A DNA stretch of 64,000 nucleotides from assembly GCA_018654745.1 (NCBI GenBank), contig JABILA010000092.1, positions 1,729-65,728 on the forward strand, given 5' to 3'. Below are positions 38,611-49,301 of the stretch, in pieces. This DNA comes from Alphaproteobacteria bacterium (GTDB lineage: Bacteria > Pseudomonadota > Alphaproteobacteria > UBA2966). The position numbers and the translations under genes were made by a program. The notes under the pieces are model-generated. The model saw nothing but the letters and a program-made list of their open reading frames with translations, searched no databases and was not told the origin of the DNA. Each line of letters begins with the position of its first letter. Positions within the stretch are counted from its first letter, which is position 1.

Positions 38611-39131
38611 TGACACAGGATAAAATCACAGAGCGGGCTGTCCTTGCCGGGGGATGTTTCTGGGGCATGCAAGACCTGATCCGAAAATTACCTGGCGTGC
38701 TTTCTACACGGGTGGGATATACAGGTGGTGAAGTGCCCAATGCCACTTATCGTAATCACGGCAATCATGCGGAAGGCATCGAAATTGTTTTTGATCCAAG
38801 CCAAACCGGTTTTCGTACAATGCTGGAATTTTTCTTCCAGATTCACGACCCCTCAACCCCCAACCGCCAGGGCAATGACAGGGGTCCAAGCTATCGTTCG
38901 GCTATTTATTATGTTGATGAGATGCAGAAACGTGTGGCCGAAGAGACCATTGCAGATGTTGATGCTTCAGGTCTGTGGCCCGGCAAAACAGTTACAGAAG
39001 TTGTTCCCGTTGGCGATTTCTGGGAAGCCGAAGCAGAACACCAGGACTACCTGGAACATTTCCCCAACGGTTATACCTGCCATTATATCCGGCCAAACTG
39101 GAAATTGCCGAGGCGTGCTGATGTTGCTTGA
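38610..39131 (+). CDS. msrA: Peptide methionine-(S)-sulfoxide reductase
   Basis: AGGCFWG, GHAE, HDPST.NRQGND.G..YRSAI, EHQDYL, GYTCH. Confidence 0.96.
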   Translation: MTQDKITERAVLAGGCFWGMQDLIRKLPGVLSTRVGYTGGEVPNATYRNHGNHAEGIEIVFDPSQTGFRTMLEFFFQIHDPSTPNRQGNDRGPSYRSAIYYVDEMQKRVAEETIADVDASGLWPGKTVTEVVPVGDFWEAEAEHQDYLEHFPNGYTCHYIRPNWKLPRRADVA

Positions 39132-39154
39132 TTGTTTGGAGGCGTTGGATTGAA

Positions 39155-39526
39155 ATGGATGATAGCATTGAAGTCTATAACGCCTTGCCAGAGAATTTTA
39201 AGCACGACTGCAATAAGTGTCAGTCCCTGTGCTGCATTGCTCTGAAGATCGACTGGGGAGAGTTCCAAAAGCCACAGGACGTCCGCTGTGATTTTCTGAC
39301 AGATGATTTTAAATGTTCCTCCTGGGACACGCTTGGGGAGGTCGGTCGGGAAAGTTGCTATAATTTCTTTTGCATGAATACCGGACCGGCTGTCAGTACA
39401 CCTCTGTTTAATGCCGGAACCGACTGGCAAGAGACACCTGCTATTGCGACGGTTCTATTCGAACAATTTCGAAAAGCTTATATCGTAACCTTTAAACAGG
39501 TCTTCAACGTCGATCCGGAAATATGA
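39155..39526 (+). CDS. Cys-rich hypothetical protein (putative metal / Fe-S binding)
   Basis: CNKCQSLCC...C...C...CYNFFC (8 Cys); GGAGG upstream; follows msrA. Confidence 0.65.
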   Translation: MDDSIEVYNALPENFKHDCNKCQSLCCIALKIDWGEFQKPQDVRCDFLTDDFKCSSWDTLGEVGRESCYNFFCMNTGPAVSTPLFNAGTDWQETPAIATVLFEQFRKAYIVTFKQVFNVDPEI

Positions 39527-39588
39527 CACCTGTAATTAGCTGAGACGATCCGGCGCGGCAGGGTTTGAGCCCGGAATGTCGAAGCGCA

Positions 39589-40182
39589 TTACTCCAGATC
39601 ACCACCCATGTGCTTACGGATTTCCAGTTCCATGCGGACATTGAAATCAGTCATCAAAGCTTCGAGCAGGTTGAAATAAATCTTGTCCAGCGCGTTGGGC
39701 GAAGTTTCCTCTGGTACGGTGCGAGAGCGATTAACGCGGGCGCGGGCACTGGACTTTACAAATCCACGATCATCGCGAACTTCAATCATGGCTTCCAGTG
39801 TTGCGTCAATCCGAAATGCCTGTTCCTTGTAAAACAAGCCTTTGATACCGTCCTTTGTTTTCAAAGGAACACCAACGACACTTGCATCCAGAATAGTCAT
39901 GCGAACCCTGCGCAACGTGTCGTCGGTGGCATTGATGCGATCAACCGTCCAGCGCTGCAGAGAAGCTTCCGGTGTAATGGGAAACTCATGATCCAGATTT
40001 GGTGACTTCAACGGCGCCACATAGTTATCAGCGATTTCGACGCTGCCTGCCTTGAAGCTGATCGGGGTCAAATGGTTCCAGGTCAATTCAGGATAAGTCG
40101 GCATAAGTGTCGGAGTTTCGCAAGCGCTAAGAAACCCGAGGGCCAGAACGACCAAAGTGGCTCGGATATATCCTGAAGTCAT
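39589..40182 (-). CDS. Hypothetical lipoprotein
   Basis: Likely start ATG 40182 gives a signal peptide ending in lipobox LSAC; directly after hslO. Confidence 0.75.
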   Translation of the reverse strand: MTSGYIRATLVVLALGFLSACETPTLMPTYPELTWNHLTPISFKAGSVEIADNYVAPLKSPNLDHEFPITPEASLQRWTVDRINATDDTLRRVRMTILDASVVGVPLKTKDGIKGLFYKEQAFRIDATLEAMIEVRDDRGFVKSSARARVNRSRTVPEETSPNALDKIYFNLLEALMTDFNVRMELEIRKHMGGDLE

Positions 40183-40192
40183 ATCTGTTTCC

Positions 40193-41149
40193 CTATCCGT
40201 TTTTTTCGTCGCCCGTTTCTTCTCTTTCGGGAAGATTATCAGGATCAAAATTATAGACAGCATTACAAAATTCGCAGGTTGCCGTGATTTGACCATCAAC
40301 GACCATGGACTGTAAATCTTCTTCGCTGAATGAAGCCAACACTGTCTCCATGCGCTCAGCACTGCAACGGCATTTAGCCTGCAATGTTGCCGGATCATAA
40401 ACACGTACGCCGTCTTCATTGAACAGTCGATACAATAAGGCACCGCCAGAGAGATCAGAATCCAGAACTTCTTCCGATTTCACACTACCCAACAGGGCAA
40501 GTGCTCGCCGCCAGTCATCTTCTGCATCTTCTTCAGTGCGGCCGTCAGCCGGCGCGCCAGCCAATTGTTCCAGCATAATGGCACCACCCCGCCAATTGCC
40601 CTCAACCTTGCCAACTTCAACCCGGACAGCCGCAGCGAGTTGTTCGGACTGACGCAAATATTCATGCGCACAATCTGCCAGCGTCGCGCCTTCAACGGCG
40701 ACGACACCCTGATAACTTTCCATGTCAGCGCCCTGATCAACGGTGAAGGCCAGGTGCCCGGCTCCCATCAAACGCGGCACGGGTGCGGAGATGGCCATGT
40801 CCTTTTCTGCCTGAGCCACAGCCTCAGCATCAAAGCGGGCATATCCTCGCAAAGATCCATCAGTTGTGAAATCAGCAATCAGCAGGCTGATCGGACCGTC
40901 TGTTGAGGCTTGCAGGACAAATCGCCCATCGAACTTGAACGTACCTGCGATCGTCGCTGAAAGGATCAATGCTTCACCCAGCAGCTGGGCTACGGCATCC
41001 GGGTAATCATGGGCCTTGAGAACAGTATCGAGCGCTGGACCGAGGCGCGCCAGACGACCACGGATATCTGCACCATCAAACTTGAATGGCAAGATCAGGT
41101 CGTCGCCGTCCCCCATATTTGCGGCAGCTGCGGTTGTTTCATTCGTCAT
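40193..41149 (-). CDS. hslO: Hsp33 redox-regulated chaperone
   Basis: RGRLARL, HDYP..VAQLLGEA, YQGVV, SEQL, zinc centre CRCS...CEFC. Confidence 0.94.
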   Translation of the reverse strand: MTNETTAAAANMGDGDDLILPFKFDGADIRGRLARLGPALDTVLKAHDYPDAVAQLLGEALILSATIAGTFKFDGRFVLQASTDGPISLLIADFTTDGSLRGYARFDAEAVAQAEKDMAISAPVPRLMGAGHLAFTVDQGADMESYQGVVAVEGATLADCAHEYLRQSEQLAAAVRVEVGKVEGNWRGGAIMLEQLAGAPADGRTEEDAEDDWRRALALLGSVKSEEVLDSDLSGGALLYRLFNEDGVRVYDPATLQAKCRCSAERMETVLASFSEEDLQSMVVDGQITATCEFCNAVYNFDPDNLPEREETGDEKNG

Positions 41150-41182
41150 TTATCAAACATTTCATCAATCTGGGTCTGGCTT

Positions 41183-41211
41183 ATTTGTGTACCCGGGCAA
41201 CCATTTTCAAA
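41183..41211 (-). promoter_or_regulatory. Possible RpoH-type internal promoter for hslO
   Basis: Minus strand TTTGAA-N16-CACAAAT in the argF-hslO gap; weak match, supported only by hslO being a heat-shock gene. Confidence 0.25.
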
Positions 41212-41214
41212 CGC

Positions 41215-42150
41215 TTATTTGTCAAAACACCAGGCCAGCACGCCCTTTTGAGCATGCAGTCGGTTTTCAGCCTCATCCCAGATCACGGATTGCGGTCCAT
41301 CCATAACTTCGTCCGTTACTTCTTCATTGCGATGTGCCGGAAGGCAATGCATGAAAACAGCGTCCCTATCCGCCAATGACATCAGATGTTTATTGACCTG
41401 ATAGGGTTGCAACATATTGTGACGGGCAGTGGCTTCTTCGTCGCCCATGGATACCCAGGTATCCGCAATCACGCACGCGCTGTCTGCGACGGCTGCCTCA
41501 ACATCTTCCGTCAAGACCACGTTCGCACCCTGGGATTTCGCCCAGGCCATTACTTTTTCCGGTGGGTTCAGTTGTTCGGGGCAAGCCAGACGTAACTCAA
41601 AATCCAATTTCGCCGCGGCATGGATCCATGAAACCGCCATATTATTACCATCTCCACACCAGGTGACCGTGCGACCGGCGATAGGCCCCTGCTTTTCTTC
41701 GAATGTCAGCACATCGGCCATCACCTGACAGGGATGCGAGTCATCTGTCAGGCCATTGATCACCGGCACCGACGCATATTCAGCAAGTTCCAGAAGTTTG
41801 TTGTGATCGTCGGTACGTATCATGATTGCATCGACGTAACGCGATAATACCCGAGCTGTATCAGGCACAGTTTCACCGCGCCCGAGTTGCGAATCCCGAC
41901 CGGACAACATCAAAGCAGTACCGCCCAGCTGGCGAATGGCAATTTCGAAGGAAACGCGCGTGCGGGTCGATGGTTTTTCAAAAATCATCGCCAACACATG
42001 ACCGTCCAGGGGGCGACCTGCATCAACAGTACCCTTTGGTTGGCCGAGGCGAGCAGCTTTCAGTTCCGCCGAGCGTGACAGAATGGCGCGCAAGCCGTCC
42101 TGGCTTACAGCGTCAATATCAAGAAAATGTTTGGGATTTGCCATATCCAT
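41215..42150 (-). CDS. argF: Ornithine carbamoyltransferase
   Basis: [45 protein letters not shown]. Confidence 0.97.
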   Translation of the reverse strand: MDMANPKHFLDIDAVSQDGLRAILSRSAELKAARLGQPKGTVDAGRPLDGHVLAMIFEKPSTRTRVSFEIAIRQLGGTALMLSGRDSQLGRGETVPDTARVLSRYVDAIMIRTDDHNKLLELAEYASVPVINGLTDDSHPCQVMADVLTFEEKQGPIAGRTVTWCGDGNNMAVSWIHAAAKLDFELRLACPEQLNPPEKVMAWAKSQGANVVLTEDVEAAVADSACVIADTWVSMGDEEATARHNMLQPYQVNKHLMSLADRDAVFMHCLPAHRNEEVTDEVMDGPQSVIWDEAENRLHAQKGVLAWCFDK

Positions 42151-42159
42151 GCTCCCTCG

Positions 42160-43338
42160 TCAGCCCGCTTTTTCCAGCTTTTCACAAGCGCGGTCCAAAG
42201 CGGCCATGGCTTCGTCAATTTGCGACTCATCAATAATCAACGGTGGGATCAACCGCACAATATTGTCAGCAGCGCCGACCGTCAGCAAACCTTCGTCACG
42301 CAAGGCGTCAACAAGATCGCCGTTTGTCACTTTGCACTTCAGGCCAATTAGCAGACCCTGACCCCGGACACTTTCAATGATCTCCGGATGAGCATCTATG
42401 ACACCCGAAATCCGTTGCATCATATGACCGGAAATACCTTTGACATGGTCCATGAAGCCATCTTCCAGCATCACGTCCAGCACGGCGTTGGCCGCAGCAA
42501 CTGCAAGCGGATTGCCGCCATAGGTCGAACCATGCGTCCCAGGCGTCATGCCTACTGCAGCGCTTTCTGTGGCAAGGATAGCGCCGATCGGCATACCGTT
42601 TCCCAGCGCCTTGGCAAGGCCCATGATGTCAGGCGTCACACCTTCCCATTCATAGGCAAACAAAGTGCCGGTCCGACCCATACCAGTCTGGACCTCGTCC
42701 ATCATCATCAAGATTTCATTGTCGTCACATAATTTACGCAAAGCCTTCAGATAGGTGGTGTCCATGACATTGACACCACCTTCACCCTGGACAGCTTCAA
42801 CAAAAATTGCTGCCGTCTCAGGACCAATGGCCGCTTCCATCGCTGCAAGATCACCGGCGGGTACATGGTCAAAACCTTCAACAACAGGGCCGAATCCATC
42901 CAGATGCTCTGGCTTGCCGCCAGCGGCCAATGTCGCAAGCGTCCGGCCATGAAAGGCACCGTCAATTGTGATGATCCGATAGCGTTCGGGGTGACCCGTA
43001 GCAGACTGATACTTCCGCGCCATCTTGATGCAACCTTCCGAAGCCTCTGCCCCTGAATTGCAAAAGAACACCTGATCCGCGAAGGAGTTTTCCACCAGTC
43101 GTTCGGCAAGACGTTCCTGACCCGGTATCCGGAACAGGTTTGACGTGTGCCAGACTTTGCCGGCTTGTTCTGTCAACGCTTCAACAAGATGTGGGTGGCA
43201 ATGGCCCAGCGACGCTGTGGCAATTCCGGTACAAAAATCCAGGTAGCGATTGCCCTGATCATCAAACAGGTAAGCGCCTTCGCCTTTTTCAAATGATATT
43301 TCTACCCGACCATATGTCGGCATTACTTTCGAATTCAC
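42160..43338 (-). CDS. argD: Acetylornithine aminotransferase
   Basis: LGHCHP, FCNSGAEA, FHGRT, EAVQGEGG, DEVQTGMGRTG, PLP Lys in AKALGNG, HGSTYGGN. Likely GTG start at 43338 after a GGAG RBS. Confidence 0.93.
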   Translation of the reverse strand: MNSKVMPTYGRVEISFEKGEGAYLFDDQGNRYLDFCTGIATASLGHCHPHLVEALTEQAGKVWHTSNLFRIPGQERLAERLVENSFADQVFFCNSGAEASEGCIKMARKYQSATGHPERYRIITIDGAFHGRTLATLAAGGKPEHLDGFGPVVEGFDHVPAGDLAAMEAAIGPETAAIFVEAVQGEGGVNVMDTTYLKALRKLCDDNEILMMMDEVQTGMGRTGTLFAYEWEGVTPDIMGLAKALGNGMPIGAILATESAAVGMTPGTHGSTYGGNPLAVAAANAVLDVMLEDGFMDHVKGISGHMMQRISGVIDAHPEIIESVRGQGLLIGLKCKVTNGDLVDALRDEGLLTVGAADNIVRLIPPLIIDESQIDEAMAALDRACEKLEKAG

Positions 43339-43528
43339 GGGTCTTCTCCGATTACTTTCAGGGTTACCCTGCAACGCTTGAAATTTGGGAATATCGCGTT
43401 CCCGCCGCACTGCAACGTCAGTTCCTGATTAACCTAAGGGGAAAGCCGCGCAGTATGGTTTTCTGCGGGGCCAGTGTCAACGCTGGCGCTATTCGACAGT
43501 TTCCTGCAGAAATATGCTGAGGCCAGCT

Positions 43529-44347
43529 TCAGGCTTTGATTTTGTACCCTCGTCGGAACAATTCAAAAGCAATCCAGCCAAGTGCTGCATTCATGCCCAG
43601 CATAACAACAACACCAAGAACCGGTGAGTCATCAGCTGCACCTATGAAACCATAACGAAAGCCATCAATCATATAGAAAAATGGATCAAAGCTGCTGATC
43701 GTGCGCCAAATTCCAGGCAATTTTTCAACCGAGTAAAAAGTCCCTGATAAAAATGCCAGCGGCGTAATCACAAAATTGGTTATCACGGCCATATGATCAA
43801 ATTTGTCAGCCCATACGCCTGCAATCAAACCCATCAAAGACAACATCAATGAGCCAGACACAGCAAAGAACAGAACGGCCCAGAAATGGACAATTTCCAG
43901 CGGTACAAAAAATGACATGGCCAATGTGACAGAAATACCGACGACCAGGCCACGGGTCATACCGCCAAGCGCAAAAGCCGTCACCAGTTCAAGAGATGTC
44001 AATGGTGGCATCAGGACGTCAACGATCACGGCCTGTATTTTTGCGACCATGATTGTGGAGGACGTATTGGCAAACGAGTTTTGAACAATGGCCATCATTA
44101 TCAAACCCGGAGCCAGAAACTGTACAAAGGGAATATCACCAACCGTACGAACGGCCCCGCCCAACGCAAGTGTAAAGATCGCCAGAAACAACAGCATGGT
44201 AACCATGGGCGCAAACACAGTTTGTCCCCAGACTTTGAGGAAGCGTCTGACTTCCTTGGAATAAAGCGTCCAGAATCCAATCCAGTTCACCGCACCAATG
44301 TGGCGAACAGACAAGGGATGGGGCTGTATTCTCGACTCAGACATCAA
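43529..44347 (-). CDS. ABC-2 type transporter permease (YadH-like)
   Basis: KEVRRF, FLAPGLIMM, SGTFY, DPFFYMIDGFRYGF. Confidence 0.9.
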   Translation of the reverse strand: MMSESRIQPHPLSVRHIGAVNWIGFWTLYSKEVRRFLKVWGQTVFAPMVTMLLFLAIFTLALGGAVRTVGDIPFVQFLAPGLIMMAIVQNSFANTSSTIMVAKIQAVIVDVLMPPLTSLELVTAFALGGMTRGLVVGISVTLAMSFFVPLEIVHFWAVLFFAVSGSLMLSLMGLIAGVWADKFDHMAVITNFVITPLAFLSGTFYSVEKLPGIWRTISSFDPFFYMIDGFRYGFIGAADDSPVLGVVVMLGMNAALGWIAFELFRRGYKIKA

Positions 44348-44414
44348 TATATCGCTTGTTATGCGGGGTGCATTCCTGCACGAGGCGGTCTGTTTAAACT
44401 ACTTTGTATCGAAA

Positions 44415-46742
44415 TCAAAGCCCTCCGCCATCGCCACCATCGTCGTTGGCGTCCCGATGCTCTTTATCTACTGCCAGCGGTTTTGCATCCGACTTTTGGG
44501 GTTTTGCCAAAACTTCCGCAATTTTTTGTTTATCTGCGGCTTCGATCTTCATCGACGGTGCGCCACCGTTTTTGTCTTCACCAAAATAAATGGTTTGATG
44601 TGGATACGGAATTTCAATGCCACGTTCGTCAAAGCGCCGCTTCACCAGATCGTTGAATATTCGTTTGATCCGCCACTGGCTGCCTGGTCTGGTTTTCAGC
44701 CGCGCCCGGACTATCACTGCCGAATCGGCCAGGGTGTCAACACCGTCAATTGTGATCGGCTCAAGAACATCGACGCCATAGGCTGGATCAGCTTGCAATT
44801 CAGCGCCGATATCGCGAAGGGCGTCATAAACTTCGTCAATATTTTCGCGATAGGCAACACCAACTTCTGCCACATGATAGGCGAAGTCCTTGGTCATATT
44901 GGTTACAGTATCAACAGAGCTGAAGGGTACTGTGTGCACTGTACCGCGCGAGTCTCTCAGGCGAATTGTACGGATCGTCATGGTTTCAACGGTACCGGAC
45001 AATCCACCAACAGTCACAAAATCACCCAAAGCAATAGAATCTTCAATCAGGATAAAAGCACCCGTGATGATGTCCTTGACCAGGGTCTGGGCACCAAAAC
45101 CAATTGCAAGACCGATTACGCCAGCACCAGCTAGCAAGGGCCCGATATTTACACCCAGCTCACTCAGCGTCGTCAAAACCGCCATTGTTAAAATGACAAC
45201 CAATAAGGCGTTGCGCGCCAATGGCAACAAGGTTCGCACACGCGCACTGCGTTCAACCTGATGCCCCTCATCATCAGTTTTATCAAGATATACTGTAATA
45301 AGAGTACTGATCCCCTCCCACACGGCGAGGGCAAGACCCAATATGAGTACTATGTTCAGAGCGCGAGAGACGATCATGCGTCCGAGATCACTGACAAGCC
45401 AGGCGCCAACATCAAACTGCCAGGCGCTTAACACCATTAAGGCCGCAGCAAACCAGATAAGAACGGATACGATTTTCTGGGCCGCTGGAAGGTATTTATT
45501 GGCTCGAACTTCCAGCACCGGATATCGCCGACGGATTTCGTCAGAGACGCTGAAGAGGCGTTGCAATCCACCAGATGCCAACATCCGGGCGCCAGACGCA
45601 AGGACAAGCACAACAATTGTACCGGCTGTTCCGGTCGCAACAAAGGCAAAGCCCCCTTCTATTTCCAATGCCCAGATTACAAAGGCAGTCAGTACATAAA
45701 GCCCTGCAAAAAAATGCCAGACATCGGCAACCCGTTTGCGAATTCTGTCCAGCGTTGAAATTTTTCCTGTTACTTCGCCTGCCTGCGTAGCCAATGAAGA
45801 AGCGACTGTATCTTTCAATTGCAAGATCAGAACGAGAAGCAAAACCGTCTCTGTCAAACCGACAAGTTTGATGACAACAGAATAGGCATCTGAGGGTAGC
45901 CCAACGGCAAGTGCAATCTGAGCGGCAAAAAAACCGTAGACGGGAATTTTGATCAGGCGCTTCAGCCAGACATAAATATAGGCGGCAGTTTCATCTGCCA
46001 GCGAGACAAGTCGAAGAGACGTGTTGAAGGGCGTAACCATGGCACCTGCAAATGCCGTCAAAACACGTACCGCAACAATCGCATGAACGATAGAAAGGAC
46101 GATGCCATAAACAATATGCTGAGGGCCACTGAAAGTCAGGGCCGTGTAGGCCGTCACCATCAAGGCCACCGAAGGTACGATTTCAAGAAATGTTCGTGCC
46201 AGCAACAGCGTTGCACGTACGTACCAAACTGCGTCTCCGCGACTTTCAAGAAATATTCGTGGTCGCCTTAATATGCGGCGAACAATCCAGGCGACGACAA
46301 AACCAGATCCGACAACCAATACGACATGTAGCAGAACGCTCAACCAAAGATCACGACGGTCAGCATTTGTTGCCTGCCTTGTCGCCCACTTGAAAATATC
46401 AGCGGGATTGCCAGCTTGCTGTGTGATGACAGCGATACTGTCTCCTGCGGTGGCCAAATAGTCTGCAATATTTTCAAGAACGCCGCTGAGAACATCAGGC
46501 GCATCTGCGCTGTTTTCTCCCCGAGACTTGCTGATCGCCTGGCGGAGGGACTTCAGATCTCCGATCAGGCGATCCCGGTCTTCAACGTTTTCAAGGCGTT
46601 CAATCAAACCTTCGATTGCTGCTTCTGACGGCAAATCACCACTTTGTTCTGCTTTGACGTCAGAAATGCCCAGAATCAGAAAAAGGCCGAAAGCGACAAA
46701 AATGCTGATTAATTTTGGAGTTTTACTGTTTATTTTCATCAT
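44415..46742 (-). CDS. Large MscS-family mechanosensitive channel (YbiO-like)
   Basis: Signal peptide, multiple TMs, LLAGAGVIGLAIGFGAQTLVKD, GDFV...GTVE..TIRT, IEIPYP. Likely start about 46742. Confidence 0.9.
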   Translation of the reverse strand: MMKINSKTPKLISIFVAFGLFLILGISDVKAEQSGDLPSEAAIEGLIERLENVEDRDRLIGDLKSLRQAISKSRGENSADAPDVLSGVLENIADYLATAGDSIAVITQQAGNPADIFKWATRQATNADRRDLWLSVLLHVVLVVGSGFVVAWIVRRILRRPRIFLESRGDAVWYVRATLLLARTFLEIVPSVALMVTAYTALTFSGPQHIVYGIVLSIVHAIVAVRVLTAFAGAMVTPFNTSLRLVSLADETAAYIYVWLKRLIKIPVYGFFAAQIALAVGLPSDAYSVVIKLVGLTETVLLLVLILQLKDTVASSLATQAGEVTGKISTLDRIRKRVADVWHFFAGLYVLTAFVIWALEIEGGFAFVATGTAGTIVVLVLASGARMLASGGLQRLFSVSDEIRRRYPVLEVRANKYLPAAQKIVSVLIWFAAALMVLSAWQFDVGAWLVSDLGRMIVSRALNIVLILGLALAVWEGISTLITVYLDKTDDEGHQVERSARVRTLLPLARNALLVVILTMAVLTTLSELGVNIGPLLAGAGVIGLAIGFGAQTLVKDIITGAFILIEDSIALGDFVTVGGLSGTVETMTIRTIRLRDSRGTVHTVPFSSVDTVTNMTKDFAYHVAEVGVAYRENIDEVYDALRDIGAELQADPAYGVDVLEPITIDGVDTLADSAVIVRARLKTRPGSQWRIKRIFNDLVKRRFDERGIEIPYPHQTIYFGEDKNGGAPSMKIEAADKQKIAEVLAKPQKSDAKPLAVDKEHRDANDDGGDGGGL

Positions 46743-46932
46743 CTTACCAATTTCGCGCCCTGTTACGGCTGGTTGTCCAGTCAAACTGATCATATTGCGA
46801 GAATTCCAAATTCGCCATCGACTCATTGGACCTTCACACGATATTCTAAAAGGTCCGAGGCGTTAATTTAAAGGCAACTGGTCCGATATGTTGATCTGAA
46901 TGCCAACAAAATCAAGGAGCAACAGAGGCACA

Positions 46933-47295
46933 ATGTCAGCAGAGTCAGGTTCGGTCACTATTTTGCATAATCCACGCTGCAGCAAGTCTCGTCAGACACT
47001 CGCCTTGCTTGAAGAACGGGGTATCTCGCCGACTGTAGTGGAGTATCTGAAAGAGCCTCCAAAAGTTGCAGATATTGGGGAGATTCTTGACTTGCTGGAA
47101 ATGGAGCCGAGAGAATTAATGCGGCGTAAGGAAGCGCCTTACGTTGAAAACAACCTCGATGATCAGTCCCTCGACAGAAACAGCCTGATCGAGGCGATGC
47201 ACAATAACCCTGTCCTGATTGAACGGCCAATTGTTCTGGCAAATGGTAAGGCAGCGGTAGGGCGTCCACCGGGAGATGTTCTGAAGATTTTGTAG
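46933..47295 (+). CDS. arsC: Arsenate reductase (glutaredoxin-dependent ArsC family)
   Basis: HNPRCSKSR, EYLK, LIERPIV, GRPP. Likely start ATG 46933. Confidence 0.88.
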   Translation: MSAESGSVTILHNPRCSKSRQTLALLEERGISPTVVEYLKEPPKVADIGEILDLLEMEPRELMRRKEAPYVENNLDDQSLDRNSLIEAMHNNPVLIERPIVLANGKAAVGRPPGDVLKIL

Positions 47296-47460
47296 TTTAG
47301 GTAAAAAAGCAGGTATTTGAGGTTTTATGTCTTCTGGTCTTTAACCTTCGTTAACCAAGTTCGCGTTCAATCAGTTGCGATGAAACATGTAGTTCTTCTG
47401 GTAACAAGTTGAGTTTTCTATGTTTTCTCTTTATTAACTTTTTGGGATCGATACGTATTA

Positions 47461-49188
47461 ATGGCCGACAAGATGGCAAAAGACTGGCTGAAAGATATCA
47501 GAAAGCCGCTCACGCCGATGTATCGCGAAATCGCTGTGATTTCGCTGTTCATCAATGCGCTTGCGCTTGCTGTGCCGGTATTTGTCTTGCAGATTTACGA
47601 TCGGGTCATCAATTCAGGTAATATCAGCACCCTTCAAGGCCTCTTGATCGGCGTTGGCTTTGTTTTCGCTTTTGACTACATCCTGCGCCAGTCCCGCTCC
47701 CGCCTTATGCAGCGCGCGGCGCTGAATATTGATGTGACCCTTGGCCGGGACCTGTTCAACAAGATCATGGCCTTGCCACTGTCTATTCTTGAGGCCCGGA
47801 CCTCTGCTTATTGGCATGCCCTTTTCAAGGATGGTGATACGGTCCGCAATACCTTGTCGGGTCCCAGCGCATTATTGATCGTTGACCTGCCATTTGCGGT
47901 GATGTTTATCGCCGTCATTTATCTAATCGCATCGCCCATTATCTGGGTGTTATTGCTTATCCTGCCAACATTTGTATTGCTGGCGTGGCGGTCGGCATCG
48001 TCTGTCAGCGCGGCCGCCGGCGAAGAACGCAAGGCCGGGTTCAGTCGCGATACGTTGCTTTCAGAAATTGTTGCTGGTCGTAACACAGTGAAAGCGCTGT
48101 CGCTGGAAGAGGACCTGAAGCCCCTTTGGGAAGATCGCCAGGCAGACAGCATCAAACGCTCAATCATGCGCGGCAACAGGTCGGACAAATATTCAAATCT
48201 GGGCGCAGGGCTGGCAGCAGCTGCTACTGTCGCCATGACCTCTGCCGGTGCATTTGCCATTATGGCAGGCGATATGTCCGTTGGTTCGCTGATTGCCGCC
48301 AACATGCTGAGTAACAAGGTTATTGGACCCTTTAACCAATTGGTCGGGTCCTGGCGTGCCTATGCCGGGTTCAAACAGGCCGTTGAACGCCTGACAGACG
48401 CCTTCGCCATGCCGCAGGAGCGCACAGAGATAAGCATTGCTCACGAGCGCCCTCGTGGTCGCATCAATCTTGAACACGTGCATTTCAAGTATGCGGAGGA
48501 CAGTCCATCCATCATTAATGGCGTCCGCCTGCAAGTTGACCCGGGTGGTGTTATCGCTGTTGTCGGCACAAACGGTTCCGGGAAAACGACACTGATCAAG
48601 ATGCTTCAGGGTCTTTACCGACCGACGCAAGGACGTGTCTTGCTGGATGGTGCTGATATCAACCAGTTTACGCGTCAGGAAATGGCGCAATGGATTGGCT
48701 ATGTCCCCCAGGAGACATTTTTGTTTACGGGTACAGTCCGCGACAACCTCGTCAAGGGCCGCCCCGAAGCGACTGATGATGAACTGGTAGAAGCCGCAAA
48801 AAAGTCCGGCCTGCATGATCTTGTTATTGATTTCCCGGACGGATATGCCACAGATATTGGCGAAGCTGGTGCCAGGCTGTCTGGTGGAATGCGCCAGAGA
48901 TTATCAATTGCACGTGCCCTGCTGGGTGATCCACCAGTGCTGTTACTGGATGAGCCTTCATCAAACCTGGATCGTGAAGGCGAAATGGAGTTGATGGAAA
49001 CGCTGAACGGCTTGGCAGAAAATCACACGATTATGGTTATCAGTCATGCCCCTGGCGTACTCTCACAGTGTCGGCAGGTCCTGGTCATGCAAAAGGGTCG
49101 TATTGTCCGCAGCGGCCGTCCATTGGATGTTCTGCCGCACCTTTTGGGTACCAACAGCGCACCACCAATCTATCAACGCCAAGCGTAA
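47461..49188 (+). CDS. Type I secretion ABC transporter (permease/ATPase, no N-terminal C39-like domain)
   Basis: INALALAVPVFVLQIYDRV, DLPF, Walker A GTNGSGKT, YVPQE, LSGGMRQR, LLLDEPSSNLD. Confidence 0.92.
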   Translation: MADKMAKDWLKDIRKPLTPMYREIAVISLFINALALAVPVFVLQIYDRVINSGNISTLQGLLIGVGFVFAFDYILRQSRSRLMQRAALNIDVTLGRDLFNKIMALPLSILEARTSAYWHALFKDGDTVRNTLSGPSALLIVDLPFAVMFIAVIYLIASPIIWVLLLILPTFVLLAWRSASSVSAAAGEERKAGFSRDTLLSEIVAGRNTVKALSLEEDLKPLWEDRQADSIKRSIMRGNRSDKYSNLGAGLAAAATVAMTSAGAFAIMAGDMSVGSLIAANMLSNKVIGPFNQLVGSWRAYAGFKQAVERLTDAFAMPQERTEISIAHERPRGRINLEHVHFKYAEDSPSIINGVRLQVDPGGVIAVVGTNGSGKTTLIKMLQGLYRPTQGRVLLDGADINQFTRQEMAQWIGYVPQETFLFTGTVRDNLVKGRPEATDDELVEAAKKSGLHDLVIDFPDGYATDIGEAGARLSGGMRQRLSIARALLGDPPVLLLDEPSSNLDREGEMELMETLNGLAENHTIMVISHAPGVLSQCRQVLVMQKGRIVRSGRPLDVLPHLLGTNSAPPIYQRQA

Positions 49189-49301
49189 GCTTTGGTCTAC
49201 AGTACTTGCAATTTTTCGTGACAAGTCACATTTGGTTAACGGATAATGTCTAGTTTTGGTATTATTCAAGTGATTTACCGCAGAAAGCAGCTTTTGAAGC
49301 C

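Noticed and set aside
39589-40443. 284-aa version of the lipoprotein ORF overlapping hslO
   Set aside because: The first 87 codons overlap hslO in another frame; the start at 40182 gives a clean lipoprotein signal, so the extension is spurious.
47341-47356. CtrA-like TTAA...TTAAC upstream of the T1SS ATPase
   Set aside because: The half-sites are separated by 6 nt instead of the canonical 7; cannot be supported.
47391-47406. CRP/Clr-like box AGTTCT-TCTG-GTAACA upstream of the T1SS ATPase
   Set aside because: Two mismatches to an already degenerate consensus in an AT-rich region; not distinguishable from chance without a PWM scan.
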